Assembly: GCF_009914755.1 (NCBI RefSeq)
Contig: NC_060933.1
DNA length: 64,000 nucleotides
Strand: one strand, 5' to 3'
DNA from: the human T2T-CHM13v2.0 reference genome, Homo sapiens
The position numbers and the translations under genes are program-made. The notes below the pieces were generated by a model that did no database searches, had not been told where the DNA came from, and saw nothing but the letters and a program-made list of their open reading frames with translations. This document shows, piece after piece, positions 44,444 to 56,996 of the stretch. The stretch's first letter is position 1; each line of letters starts with the position of its first letter.

Positions 44444-47027
44444 TCTCATGGTTTAAAGAGGGTCAGCAATTCTTTGTTATATTCTCATTTAGAATTGATG
44501 TTCATTCACCCTCCCATTGTATCTACCCTGGTCCTGTGATTACTTGCCCCTAATAGGAGGAAGAAGTGATATTACACCAGTTCCGGGCATACCCTTTAAC
44601 AATGCAGAAAATGTTTGCTTTTTCCCTCTTAGAACTTTTTTTTTCCTACGATGCTATTTCTTGGAACCCAACTGCTATGGTGTGGAAGCCCAAGACACAG
44701 AAATTGTCCATGTGTAGTCCCAGCAGACAATCTTGGCTCCTAGCCAACTGCCAGTATCAACTGCTAGTCATGTGAGAGAACCATCTTTGACCTTCTAGTT
44801 AGTCAAGCTCCTGTTGACTGGGATGATGACTTTCATCCCAGTCAACATTTTATGGAGCAGAAAACCACTCAGCAGAGCCCAGACAACAAAATAATTGTTT
44901 TAAAAATAATAAAATGGTTCTTGTCTTAAGACAAGTTTTGGATGATTACTTATTCAGCAACAGATAAACAAAACAGAAATTACTGCCTGGAAGTGTAACA
45001 TTGTTTTAGCAAAAGTGTAAATACTTGGCACTGGCTTTGGAGCTAAGAGGTAGGCAGAATGTGGTTGCACATTAAGGAAACCACAAAAAAGGTGGGAAGG
45101 ACAGGAAAAAACTTTTTATTTGAAGCTGAAAATAACAGTACTTGTTTCATATAGTGTCAAAAGTTTGTCAACACTGTCACCTAAGGTAACATAGAAAGTA
45201 GAAAAATGCCTAATGAACTTGTGAATTCAGCTGAGAATATTTATAGGCAAAATGTCAAAGGTCCTCATTTATTTTAGCTGCATATAATGTAATATCAAGA
45301 TAGAGAGAGACAGAAGAAAGAGATATGAATTAGAGAAGGGATTTTTAGGTTTTCAAATAAGACTTTCTGTTTTGTTTTGTTTTTTAAAGAATTTTCTTCA
45401 CTAGACACTCCCGGAAAAAGACTCTTGAGACAATAATTACATCCAGGGCACTGCCAGAAAAATGCAATCTAAGGTCAAGTTTCAAGGGTGCATCTGTTAG
45501 ACTCCTTATTAGGATCTTAGACTTAAGGCAATGCTTTTCAGCTGGGCAATAAGGCTTCTAATCCTCTGAAGGCCATTTATCCTAGACTGTCTCTAGGATC
45601 TTAAGGCTGTTATTCCATATTACTCTGACTCCCAGGCTAAGCAAGGTAAAAAAGGACCAGTCTCAGAATGATTTGTGGGTCCATTATTTTGGTTAATAGA
45701 GTAATGTAGACTGTGACTTATGAAGTGAATTATAAATTGATACACAAGAAACCCACACAATGTTTAAGGGATTTTATGGACTTTGAATTAAAGCAACAGA
45801 GGTAATTTATAATACAAAGAGATTTTGGGGCCTCCAACTTCCTGTGGACAGGAAGAAGTTGCACATGCTAATTAAATGCAAACTTGGGGCATTTCTTGTG
45901 GAAAAGGAAGGATGGCATGGAGAGAAGAGCCAAGAACCTAAAAAGTAGAGACAAGAAGCATCAAAAATCACCCCCGAGGTACATGTCTCTAATAAATTAT
46001 TGCCAATATGTACCCAACTTGATTTCACAATGCTGTGGATCATTGATATGGTTCCTATTTCCCAACTCCCCTTCTTGGATGGAACACAGTGGTGTGCAAG
46101 GGCCATTTGTTAAATGTTAAGGAATTTTGCAAGCTAGTTGATAACACATTGATAGATTGAAATTGACTATGTTATTCACACTGTTGAAATCAGCAAATGT
46201 TAAATATTGATACTTCTCCTGTCACTGGAGAATCTTTGATAAACATTTACTAGCAGAGCAGGGGATGGGAATGTGAATTGTGGTTCTCCTCTTCCTGTCT
46301 CTCTATTATATGTTGAGTATGTAGGGGTCAACTTAGTCACTTTATTTCATTAGGCTTTCATATTGAAAGATATCACATCCAAGACATCTTATCTGTAATT
46401 AAACCTCATTTAAATGATGAGATCCTGCTCTTGAAGCCACATCAGATAAGAAAATGAGATTTTTGGAGGTCTGCGAGAAGAGGGAGTATATTTTACATGT
46501 GAAAGAAATATAAGTAATGTATGGCCACAGAGCAAAATCTAGGTATCTAAAAGATGTCCACAGCTTCTTTGCATTTCTCCCTAAAGTTGAAATGTTTATT
46601 CCTCATCTTGTTGAATCTGGTTCATCCTGTGGCTAACTGCTCAAGTAATACACTCTGATAGAAGTGACACAGTGCCAGTTCCAAGCCTACACTTTAAAAG
46701 GAATGAGAGCAGTCATTTATTCCCTGTTGGAACACTTATATTTGAGAAGTCAAACCATAAGAATAGGCTGTATATAACTGCTCTGGTTAACAGCCCCAGT
46801 TGAGCTCCTAGCTAAGAGCCAGCATCGATCACCAGCCATGAGAATAAATCATCTTGGAGTTCCAATGCAGTTAAGCTTCTAGATGACTGCAGCACCAGCC
46901 AATGTTTCATGGAGTAGAAAAACTGCTCAGCTGAGCCCAGTCATTCCACAGAATTATGAAAGAGAATAAATTGATAGTTTTTAAGCATAAAATTTTGGGA
47001 AAGTAGTAGTAGACTACCAAATCAACA
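44444..47027 (+). mobile_element. Complete MLT1(G-like) MaLR element: 5'LTR ~44444-44975, internal ~44976-46537, 3'LTR ~46538-47027
   Basis: Two colinear LTR copies (AGAAGTGA..CCAGTTCC, CTCCTAGC, ATGGAG.AGAAAA.C..CTCAGC.GAGCCCAG). The internal part starts GAAATTACTGCCTGGAAGTG, like MLT-int. Confidence 0.8.
46087..46263. mobile_element. MER63A-like hAT-Blackjack MITE inside MLT1-int
   Basis: CAGTGGTGTGC...GGAATTTTGCAAGC...TTGAAATTG...GAAATCAGCAAATG...TAAACATTTACTAGCA. Confidence 0.8.
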
Positions 47028-47776
47028 AATAATTTTTGTATTAAACTATTTCAGTTTACACTGCTTGGGGTTGGAGAAGGCAGGAAAAGTCATGGTTGAG
47101 GTAAATGTTATAGTTAAACCCCTAGTTTTAGAGATAAAGACACTGACATCTTAACTAGGGTAAAACAGCTTGTACAAGGTTACAGATATTGTTAGTTATT
47201 GAGCTTGCCTTGTAACTCATGTTTTCTAAATGGTGTCACATATGCATTATTTTATATTTGGGTTTTTTTTTTTTTGGTCATTCTTAGACATTCTTTTTCT
47301 TCATTCTCTGTAATGTTTACAGTATTTTTGCAAAACTTCCACTGAGTCAACACTTCTGCCTCAAGTTTATCCTGCAAATCATGAAAACTCAACCCAACTG
47401 CCTCCCTGCCAACCCAGAAAAAGTGTTAGGACTCAAACATATGTATCCATCTCCTCTACTTACTATAGCATCTACTAAGTGCTAGGCACCTAGTAGAGGT
47501 TTGATTTGAAAATATTTCTTGCTAAATTATTTGATCTCTTTTTCTCAGTATCTTAAGCAACATGTGTCCAGATGCATTCATTACTTGGTATTCAGCAAGT
47601 ATGTATTAACTTTTTTACTTGTGCAAGGTATAGGTAGAAATATATAATAAATATATTAAAATTAACTTGAAGCTCTTGGAAAAAAGCACATAAACATTTC
47701 AAGGAAAAATATAAACATATCTATATACACAACTGCAACAATATTAACTTATTTATAAACAATGATACAAACAATA

Positions 47777-48153
<377 letters not shown>

Positions 48154-49539
48154 TAAGCACACATACGTACACACACTTAAACATCCAACACAACTTTGTT
48201 TGAATTATGAGAGAATGACTAAAGAGTCCCTTTTCAAGCTAAAAAAGTTAAAGAAATTTTTTGCCCATCAATAATTCAAAACTTAAATGAAAAAAATCAT
48301 ACTTCAGAGTTGACAGCTGACTTGAACTCCATGAAAAATTGTCTCCTACTAACCCCCAAGATGAAAAAATATATAAAAAATGACTATAAATTGCATAACC
48401 TCCCCCAACCAATTGCTTTTGAATTGTGGCTACTAACTCCTTCATGTTGTGTAATGGTTCACATCTACACTCAAGCAGGCCTTTCTAGTACCATATAATC
48501 TTAATGCATTGAACAAAAGCTCATCTCCTTTTAAATTTCTAGATAATTTTATTTGAATTTCTTGAATAAGTTTGTCTTAACTAATCCTATATGAAGTGTC
48601 CCTTACTTTAAAGCATTAATGATATTTACATATGAACTTTGTGTATTTTTATAATTATGTATTATAATAACTCATTAAATATTCACTAGGAGCTAGATAT
48701 CATTCACCTATATTAACTCACTTAATATTGCCCCAAATTCTCTAATTTTAACAAATAAGGAAACTAAAGCAAAGGCAAGTTATGTAACTTTACCAGAGTC
48801 TTCTATCAGAGGAAATTCCAATAAGGATTACAATAATACTTGTCATTTAATAAGAGTCCACTTAGTGACAATTTCATTACCAAACATCAAATAAGGTAAC
48901 TGAGGATCAAAAAGGTTAAGTAATTTGTGTAAGATTATGCTAGTAGGAAGCAGTGAAGCCTGGATTTTAGTCCCAGTGTGTCTCCTTAATGCACTAAGAA
49001 AGTTTTGAAGAATAGTTATTGAATCTTCCATATTAGAATCTGATTAGATGATTGCTATCTATGAATGAATGAATCATAATAGAAGAAAGGACTATTTTGG
49101 GGAGGACATTAAGAGTAGATTTACATAACTGCTGCTGATGGTTCTGCCAAGTTAACCTTTGTGGTCTCTCTTTTTTTGTGAGATTTCTTGAGAAAAATAA
49201 AATTAAGAGCTATGAACTGCAGAACTCCTGTTTGATTGCCTGGGAAAAAATGCCTTAAGACCAGGGCTTAACAAATATGACAATGCAGTCAATTTGCAGC
49301 CAAATGAATATACAATGCTTTAGGCTTTCGGGACATCCTAGTAGTGGGCTTCTCAAGATTCGGTAAAGATCAATTTTTACTTTTTAAATTTTTTGCATAA
49401 CAGTGCATTTTTGGAACAAAGAACATATGTCAACAGCAATGCAATTCATATTTCTTATTGGATAAATTTTACCTAGGTGTAAATGAGTAAATTTGAGCTC
49501 CTCTTTGCTTTTTAAGCCATGTGTTATGTTGGAACTGAA

Positions 49540-52308
49540 ATTAAATTCCTGACATTTATGACAACACGGATGAACCTGGAAGACACTATGCTAAGTGAAA
49601 TGAGCTACGCACAGAAAGACAAATACTAGATGACCTAAAATAGTGAAACTCATGGAAGCAGAGAATACAATGGTGGCTGCCAGCAGATGTGGGGAGTGAG
49701 ATATCAGATGTTGCCCAAATGGTACAAAGTTTCATTTATGCAGGATAAATAAGTTCTGCTGATTTAATGTAGAGAATGACAACTATAGTTAATAATACGG
49801 TATTTTATACTTGCAATTCACTAAGATGGTGTATTAGTCCATTCTCACACTGCTTTAAAGGACTGCTGGAGACTGGGTAATTTATAAAGGGAAAAGTTTA
49901 ATTAACTCACAGTTCCACATGGCTAGGGAGGACTCAGGAAACTTACAATCATGGCCGAAGGGGAAGCAAAGATGTCCTTCAAATGATGGCAGGAAAAAGT
50001 GCCCCCAAAAAAGGGGCAAAAGCCCCTTATAAAACTGTCAGGTCTCACGAGAACTCAATCACCATCATGAGAAAAGTAGCATGGGTGGTAACTGTCCCCA
50101 TGATTTAATTACCTTCCACTGGGTCCCTCCCACAACAGATGGGAATTATGGGAACTACAATTCAAGATAAAATTTGTGTGGAGACACAGCCAAACCACAT
50201 TATTCCATCCCTGGCCCTCCAAAATCTCATATCCTCATATTTCAAAACACAATCATACCTTCCCAGAAATCCCCCAAAGTGTTAACTCATTCCAGCATTA
50301 ACCCAAAAGTCCAAGTGCAAAGTCTAATCTGAAACAAGGCCTATGAGCTTGTAAAATCAAAAGCAATTTAGTTACTTCCTAGATACAATGGGGATACAGA
50401 CATCGGGTAAATATACCCATTCCAAATGGGAGAAATTGGCCAAAACAGAGGGGCTACAGGCCCCATGCAAGTCCAAAATCCAATAAGGCCGTCATTAAAC
50501 CTTAAAGTTCCAAAATCATCTCCTTTGACTCCATGTCTCATACCAAGGTCACATTGATGCAAGAGGTGGGCTCCCATGGCCTTGGTCAGCTCTGCCAAGG
50601 ATACAACCTCATGGCTTTGCAGGGTACAACCCCCCTACTGGCTGCTTTCATGGGCTGGTGTTGAGTGTCTGCAGCTTTTCCAGGCACATTGTACAAGCTG
50701 TCAGTGGGTCTACCATTTGGGGGCCTGGAGGATGGTGGCCCTCTTTTCACAGCTCCACTAGGCAATGCCCCAGTGGGGACTATATGTGGGGGCTTCAACC
50801 CCACATTTCCTTTCCACACTGCTCTAGCAGAGGTTCTCCATGAGGGCCCTGCCCCTGCAGCAAGCTTCTGCCTGGACATCCAGGCATTTTCATACATACT
50901 CTGAAATCTAAGCAAAGTTTTCCAAACCTTAATTCTTGACTTCTCTGTACCTACAGGCTCAAAAACATATGTAAGCTACCAAGATTTGGGGCTTGCACCC
51001 TCTGAAGCAATGGTCTGAGCTGTACATTTGCTTATTTTAGCTTTGGCTGGAGCTGAAGCAGCTGGGGTGCAGGGCACCATGTCCTGAGGTTACATAGAAC
51101 AGCGGGGGCCTGGGCCTGGCCCAGGAAACCATTTCTTCCTCCTAGGCCTCTGGGCCTGTGCTAGGAGGGGCTGCCATAAAGGTATTTGACATGCCCTGGA
51201 GACATTTTCTCCATTGTCTTGGAGATTAACATTCAGTTCCTCATTACTTATGCAGATTTCTGCAGCAGGCTTTAATTTCTCCCCTGAAAATGGGTTTTTC
51301 TTTTTCTATTGCATTGTCAGGCTGCAAATTTTTCAAACTTTTATTATCTGCTTCCTTGCAAATGTTTTGCTGCTTAGAAATTTCTTCCAGCAGATACCCT
51401 AAATCATCTCTCTCAAGTTCAAAGTTTCACAGATCTCTAGGGCAGGGGCAAAATGCCACCAGTCTCTTTGCTAAAGCATAACAAGAATCACCTTTGCTCT
51501 AATTCACAACAGGTTGTCATCTCCATCTGAGACTACCTCAGCCTGGATTTATTGCTCATGTTGTTAGCATTTTGGTCAGTGCCAATCAACAAGTCTCTAG
51601 GAAGTTCCAAACTCCCACATCTTCCTGTCTTCTGAGCCCTCTTAGTCTCTAGGAAGCTCCAAACTTTCTCACATTTTCCTGTCTTATTCTAGCCCTCCAA
51701 ACTGTTCCACCTCTGCCTGTTACCTAGTTCCAAAGTTGCTTCCACATTTTTGGGTATCCTTAGAGCAGTACCCCACTCTACCAGTACCAATTTACTGTAT
51801 TAGTTTGTTTTCATACTGCTATGAGGAAATACCCAAGACTGGGTAATTTATAAATAAAAAGAGGTTTAGTGGACTTACAGTTACACACGGTTGGGAAGGC
51901 CTCACAATTATGGAGGAAGGTGAAGAAGGGGTAGATGCATGTCTTACATGGTGGCAGGCAAGAAGTGGCAAGAAAAAGGGGGAAAAGCCCCTTATAAAAC
52001 CATCAGATCTTGTGAGAACTCACAACATGTGGAGATTATGGGAGGTACAATTCAAGTTGAGATTTGGGTGGGAACACAGCAAAACCGTATCAGATCATAA
52101 ATCTTAAGTGTTCAAATAGACACACACATATGCACACAAAAGAAAATGGTAACTACATGAGGTAATCAATATGTTAATTAGCTTGATTGTGGTGATCATT
52201 CACATTGTATGCATATATATAGAGAGATATCAAAACATCAAATTGTACACCTTAAATATACAAAGTTTTTTTATTTGTTACTTTTATCTCAATTAAGCTG
52301 AAAAAAAT
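49540..52308 (+). mobile_element. L1MA9/10-type 3' end split by a THE1 element (49540-49829 and 52093-52308)
   Basis: GGATGAACCTGGAAGACACTATGCTAAGTGAAAT...CTATAGTTAATAATAC; resumes ATCTTAAGTGTTC...GTTAATTAGCTTGATTGTGG...TAAGCTGAAAAAAA. Confidence 0.88.
49830..52092 (-). mobile_element. Complete THE1C/D-type MaLR element: 3'LTR 49830-50202, internal 50203-51795, 5'LTR 51796-52092
   Basis: Both LTRs start TGTATTAGT. The internal region is typical THE1-int (ORFs 50368-50915 are its decayed frame). PBS-like CCAGTACCAATTTAC at 51781. Confidence 0.95.
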
Positions 52309-52599
52309 AGAATATAAAGACAGAGCCATAATGTCCACAATAGACATGCTTAAAAAGATATGATGACATATTTAAAAACCTAACATGAAAATTTTAATAT
52401 AATTTTAGAGGGAAAAAAAAGCTAGGATTTTCAAAAGTTAAAGTCTGTTTTGGAACCTTTCTCTGAAAATTTTCATGGCTTTAGGTGGGTTCTGTAACCC
52501 GTCCTCCCCATATGTCTCTTTTTGCAACTGATTAGAAATGGAGTTTTTCATAGATTATCCAGAATGTCCATTCTTGCTTTGCTATCCTCGCTATGGTTG

Positions 52600-52810
52600 A
52601 AAACATAGACTCTGAGATAGGAAGTTCGTGATTAAAACATTGACTCTGCATTTCCAGCTATCTGATTCTGAACAAATCACTTAAACTCTGAAAATTTGTT
52701 TCCTTGTGTCAAAAATGATGGCACTAATAGCTGTCCCATCAACATGTTAAGAAAGTTTAAAAAATGAGATAATGCAGCTAAACTACTTATTTTAGTACTG
52801 ACTAACCATT
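52600..52810 (+). mobile_element. MIR
   Basis: CATAGACTCTGAG...AACAAATCACTTAAACTCTG...ATGAGATAATGCA. Confidence 0.7.
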
Positions 52811-53654
52811 AGGATTGTTTGTGTATAATATGATTACTATTGTTGCTTTAAAGTTTAAATTTCCAGTTCTTGAAGATGGGTGAGGTAGGGGGCTTTACAA
52901 CCTTAGAAATGGGCCAACTATTGCATTTCCTTTTTCTCCACCTAAACATAGTTTAGTGACATATGTAGCATATATTTTTTGTACTAGTGTTTTTGTTTAG
53001 GTAGATTAGGTAGATATTTGTATGTATGTACATGGAATTTAAGACTTTGAGAATGAGGATGAAAGAGGAAAGAAGATACAAAAAGAATTATGCTACAAAG
53101 AGCTGAAGTCCCCTGCTAAATGTTACAGATTCCAATACTATTATATTATTATTATCCAGAACTATGATCAGATATGTACTGACCATGTACATCTGTTATT
53201 AGAGCAAGAGAAAATTGAGAAGATTTTTAAAATATGTTATTTAGATAAGCATTCTGAGAGGATTTCTGATGGCATAATAGATTTAATGACTTGAGTAAAT
53301 ATAACTAACTCTTGAGTTTCCACGTGTGAAAAGATAAGAGATAAGTGGAACATACCCTTAATACAGATATTCGCTTGAGAATATCATTTTCAATTTATTC
53401 TCTAGTTTGCTATTCTAAGAATTACACAAAGTGACAGAGGTTACTGACAGAAATTTTAACCTCTCACTCTTCCTGGTAGCAATGCCTATACATTTCTCCC
53501 ATCTTCCCAAGCTGCCTGTGTCTTCATAGAGTCACAAATAATATATTTGTTAAAAAGAAGAAGAAAGGGTAGATAAAAAAAGAAGTTGGAAGGAAAAAAA
53601 GTAACAATTTAGAGCTTATTAACCATTTTCATTAGTGGTTTATTTGATTTGTAC

Positions 53655-54020
53655 TGATACAGTTTGGCTGTGCCCCCACCCAAATCTCATCTAGAATTGT
53701 AGCTCCCATAATTGCCACGTGTCATGGGAGGGACCCAGTGGGAGGTAATTGAACCATGGGGGCAGATTTTGCCCATGCTCTTCTCATGATAGTGAATAAG
53801 TCTCATGAGATCTGATGGTTTCTTAAAGGGCAGTAACCCTGCACAAACTATTTTTGCCTGCTGCCATGTAAGACTTGCCTTTGCTCCTCCTTCAAGTTGT
53901 ACCATGATGGTGAGGCCTCCCCAGCCATGTGGATTTGTGAATCCATTAAACCTCTTTTTCTTTATAAATTACCCAGTCTTAGGTATGTCTTTATTAGTAG
54001 CATAGGAATTGACTAATACA
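53655..54020 (+). mobile_element. THE1C-like solo LTR
   Basis: TGATACAGTTTGGCTGTG...GACTAATACA; 5-bp TSD TGTAC/TGTAT. Confidence 0.93.
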
Positions 54021-55019
54021 TGTATTAACTTGAACACATTCCAATTTTCAAAGCCTTCACCACCCACTCTCCTTGCCACTCATTGCTGATGGCATGCACA
54101 TATGCTACAGGCTCTCATGGGTATTTGGCCAGTCACAGGGTATGGTAACGCCACCCTTTCCTTTTATATCCAAAAATAATATCAGAGCACAAGTGTATTA
54201 TGAGCCATTCTCATATTTAAATTACTTACAAACTTTATTTATATTTAACCAATTACCTGCAATTTGAATTCTAATTGTCCTATTTTCTTTACATGAATTA
54301 TTCCATTTAAGCCTGCAATAATCCTATGAGGTAGTGATTAATAGCTTTGTAGCCTAAATAACCAGCTGTCCAACCAAATATGTTATCTTCTTGAATAGAG
54401 TATGTATGCATTAGTTCCTGGGGCTGCCATAACAAATTGCCACAGAATTGATGGCTTAAAACAAGACAAATTTATTTTCTCACATTTCTGAAGGCCAGAA
54501 GTCAGAAATCAGTTCCACTGAAACAAAACCAAGATGCTGTCAGCGTCATGCTCTCTCTGGAGGCTCTAAGGGAGAATGTATTCCTTGCTTCTTCCATCTT
54601 CTGGTGTTTCACCAGTTGGTCAAGTTATGCAACAGGATAGACTATAGCATGAAAGTGGCCAAGGTGAAAACACAGTTAGGTACCTCTCAAGGAAGAGACC
54701 ACTACATGATTTGAGGTCACTGAGAACAGACAGCATGCACATCAGGCTCAAGTGGTAGAGTGCTTGCTTACAGCAAGAGGGTAGAGAGCACACCAAATAC
54801 AGCCTTTTCAATGTCTTGGTCCCTCATGGATAGCAGATTCATTTTTCAGCCAATGCCCACAGTGTGATCAGATGAAAAATACTTTATGTTGCAGTAGGAG
54901 GACATTAACCCTTGACCCATGGAGTCTGAAATACAAAAAGGTGGGGGCATTCCTGAAAACCATTGACTCATGCATAGCTAACCAGTTCCCCAGAGAAGAT
55001 TACATGTACCTCATACAGA

Positions 55020-56170
55020 GAGCAGTGTACAGGGTTCACTTTTCTCCTCATTGTGGAAACGTGTTATCTTTTGTCCTTTTGACAATAGCCATTCTAACAG
55101 GTGTGAGGTGATATCTCCTAGTGGTTTTATTTTGTTTCTCTGGTGATTCATGATTTTAAGCATTTTTCATGTATCTATTGGCCATTTGTATATCTTCTTT
55201 TGAGATATGCATATTCTGATCCTTTAACCTTTTTTATTTTATTAAATTTAATTTTTTATTGAGTTAAAATATACACATATAATTTACCAGCTTTACCATT
55301 TTAAAGAGTACAGTTGATATGGTTTGGCTGTGTCCCCACCCAAATCTCATCTTGAATTGTAGCTCCCATAATTCTAATGTGTCATGGGAGGGACCAAATG
55401 GGAGGCAATTGAATCATGTCGTGGGTCTTTCCCATGCTGTTCTTGTGGTAGTAAGTCTCATGAGATCTGATGGGTTTATAAAGAGGAGTTTCCCTGCACA
55501 CACTCTCTCTGCCTGCCAACAAGTGAGACGTGACTTTGCTCTTCATTTGTTTTCCACCGTAATTGTGAGGCCTCCCTAGCCATGTGGAATTGTGAGTCAA
55601 TTAAACCTATTTTCTTCATAAATTACTCTGTCTCAGGTATGTCTTTACTAGCAGTGTGAGAACAGACGAATACAACAGTTTAGTGGTGATAAAATGCATT
55701 TATATTCTTTGTTTCTCCCTTCATTCCCTCTCCATGCTCCCCTTCTTAGCCTTTGGTTAATCACCAATCTACTCTCTACCTCCATGAGATCCACTTTTTT
55801 AGCTCCCATATATGTGTGAGAACATACAATATTTGTAAGTCCTTGATTGACTTGTTTCACTTAATGTAATGGCCTCTAGTTCCATTCTTGTTGCTGCAAA
55901 TGACAGGACTTCATGCTTTTTTAATGGCTGAATAATAGTCCACTGTGTAATTGAGTTATTCGTTTTCTTACTGTTGAGTTGTTTTTGTTCCTCATATATT
56001 TTGGATCTTTCCCCTTATCAGATGCATGATTTGTAAATATTTCTTCCCTTCTGTCGGCGGTCTTTTATATTTCTTCCATTCTGTAGGCTGTCTTTTCACC
56101 CTGTTGATTCACCCTTTCCTTGGCTGTACAGAAGCTTTTTAGTTTTATGTAATCTCATTTGTCTATTTTG
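55020..56170 (-). mobile_element. L1M ORF2 3' fragment (55020-55235 and 55950-56170) containing an L1MA5A-like 3' end (55236-55949)
   Basis: AATAGCCATTCTAACAGGTGTGAGGTGATATCTC; the inner element has AATTTACCAGCTTTACCATTTT...CCATGAGATCCACTTTTTTAGCTCCCA. Confidence 0.82.
55315..55674 (+). mobile_element. THE1C-like solo LTR
   Basis: TGATATGGTTTGGCTGTGTCCCCACCC...GAATACA; perfect TSD ACAGT at 55310-55314 and 55675-55679. Confidence 0.95.
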
Positions 56171-56446
56171 TCTCCACCTCTTTCTTTAAGGCCTACTTGA
56201 ACAATCCAGGGTAATCTCTCCATGACAAGATCCTTCATTTAATAAAATCTACAAAGACTCTTTTCCTCAGAAGGTAAAATTTACAGGATTCAGTCATTAG
56301 AACCTGCTATATTTTGATAGCTATTATTCAGCATTCAAAAGTATAGAACTATCCCTGAGAAACAATGGTTCAGTCAATTATACTTCCCTAACCGCTTTAC
56401 CTCTGGATGTAATAATGTGATGTTATTGTCAATAGAATGTGAGCAA

Positions 56447-56479
<33 letters not shown>
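56447..56479. repeat. (AAT)11 microsatellite within a probable MLT1 remnant (~56360-56770)
   Basis: The repeat is read directly. The MLT1 context rests only on AATAGAATGTGAGCA. Confidence 0.9.
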
Positions 56480-56480
<1 letters not shown>

Positions 56481-56953
56481 TGAGCTATTTTTAGGCAAAA
56501 GCTTTTCTGAAGTAGGATAACCTCCTTCATGCATTTTCCTGCTTTCCACTTGGTAGTTGCCGACGATTACAGGGTCTTAGAGTATAGCAGAGCCAAGGGA
56601 TACGGGGATCTTGGGATACTGGGTTACATGAGAAATAGATTTCTTGAGTACTGTACGGAAGAGAGGTGTCCGATTATTAGAAACAACACAGTGGGTTATA
56701 AGAAAGAGAAAAAACAAACAAAAAAGTCTACTGTGTGTTTGAGCCATGGTCTATGACAGTTGCTACTACCTAATTAATTCAATCTCCATTATAGCTTACT
56801 GAACTTCAGAAAGATAAAACAGAAATTTCACATTCAACATCCATTGTGAAAGAATGCATCCTTATGGGTCCTAGGTCAGGCATTCAGCCCACATGCCCTG
56901 TCCAGCTGAATGTCGTGGAGCAAATAATACCTAAATTGCAAGTCATGATAGAT

Positions 56954-56996
56954 CACACACACACACACACACACACACCCACACACACACACACAC
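56954..56996. repeat. (CA)n microsatellite
   Basis: Read directly; one interruption. Confidence 0.95.

Larger units (their letters stand above)
54405..56338 (-). mobile_element. MLT1C-like LTR split into 54405-54615 and 56170-56338 by nested inserts
   Basis: GGCTGCCATAACAAATTGCCACA...GGAGGCTCTAAGGGAGAA; resumes AATCCAGGGTAATCTC...AAGATCCTTCATTTAAT...ATTATTCAGC. Confidence 0.8.

Noticed and set aside
50368-51481. Cluster of overlapping GC-rich ORFs
   Set aside because: These are decayed THE1 internal sequence, common genome-wide.
51590-51700. ~52-bp tandem duplication AGTCTCTAGGAAG(T/C)TCCAAACT... in THE1-int
   Set aside because: I recall this duplication in other THE1C/D internal copies, so it is probably inherited from the source element and not locus-specific (not verified).
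54746-54784. Functional tRNA-Ala gene
   Set aside because: No acceptor stem, the anticodon loop is disrupted and there is no B box. Kept only as a fragment finding.
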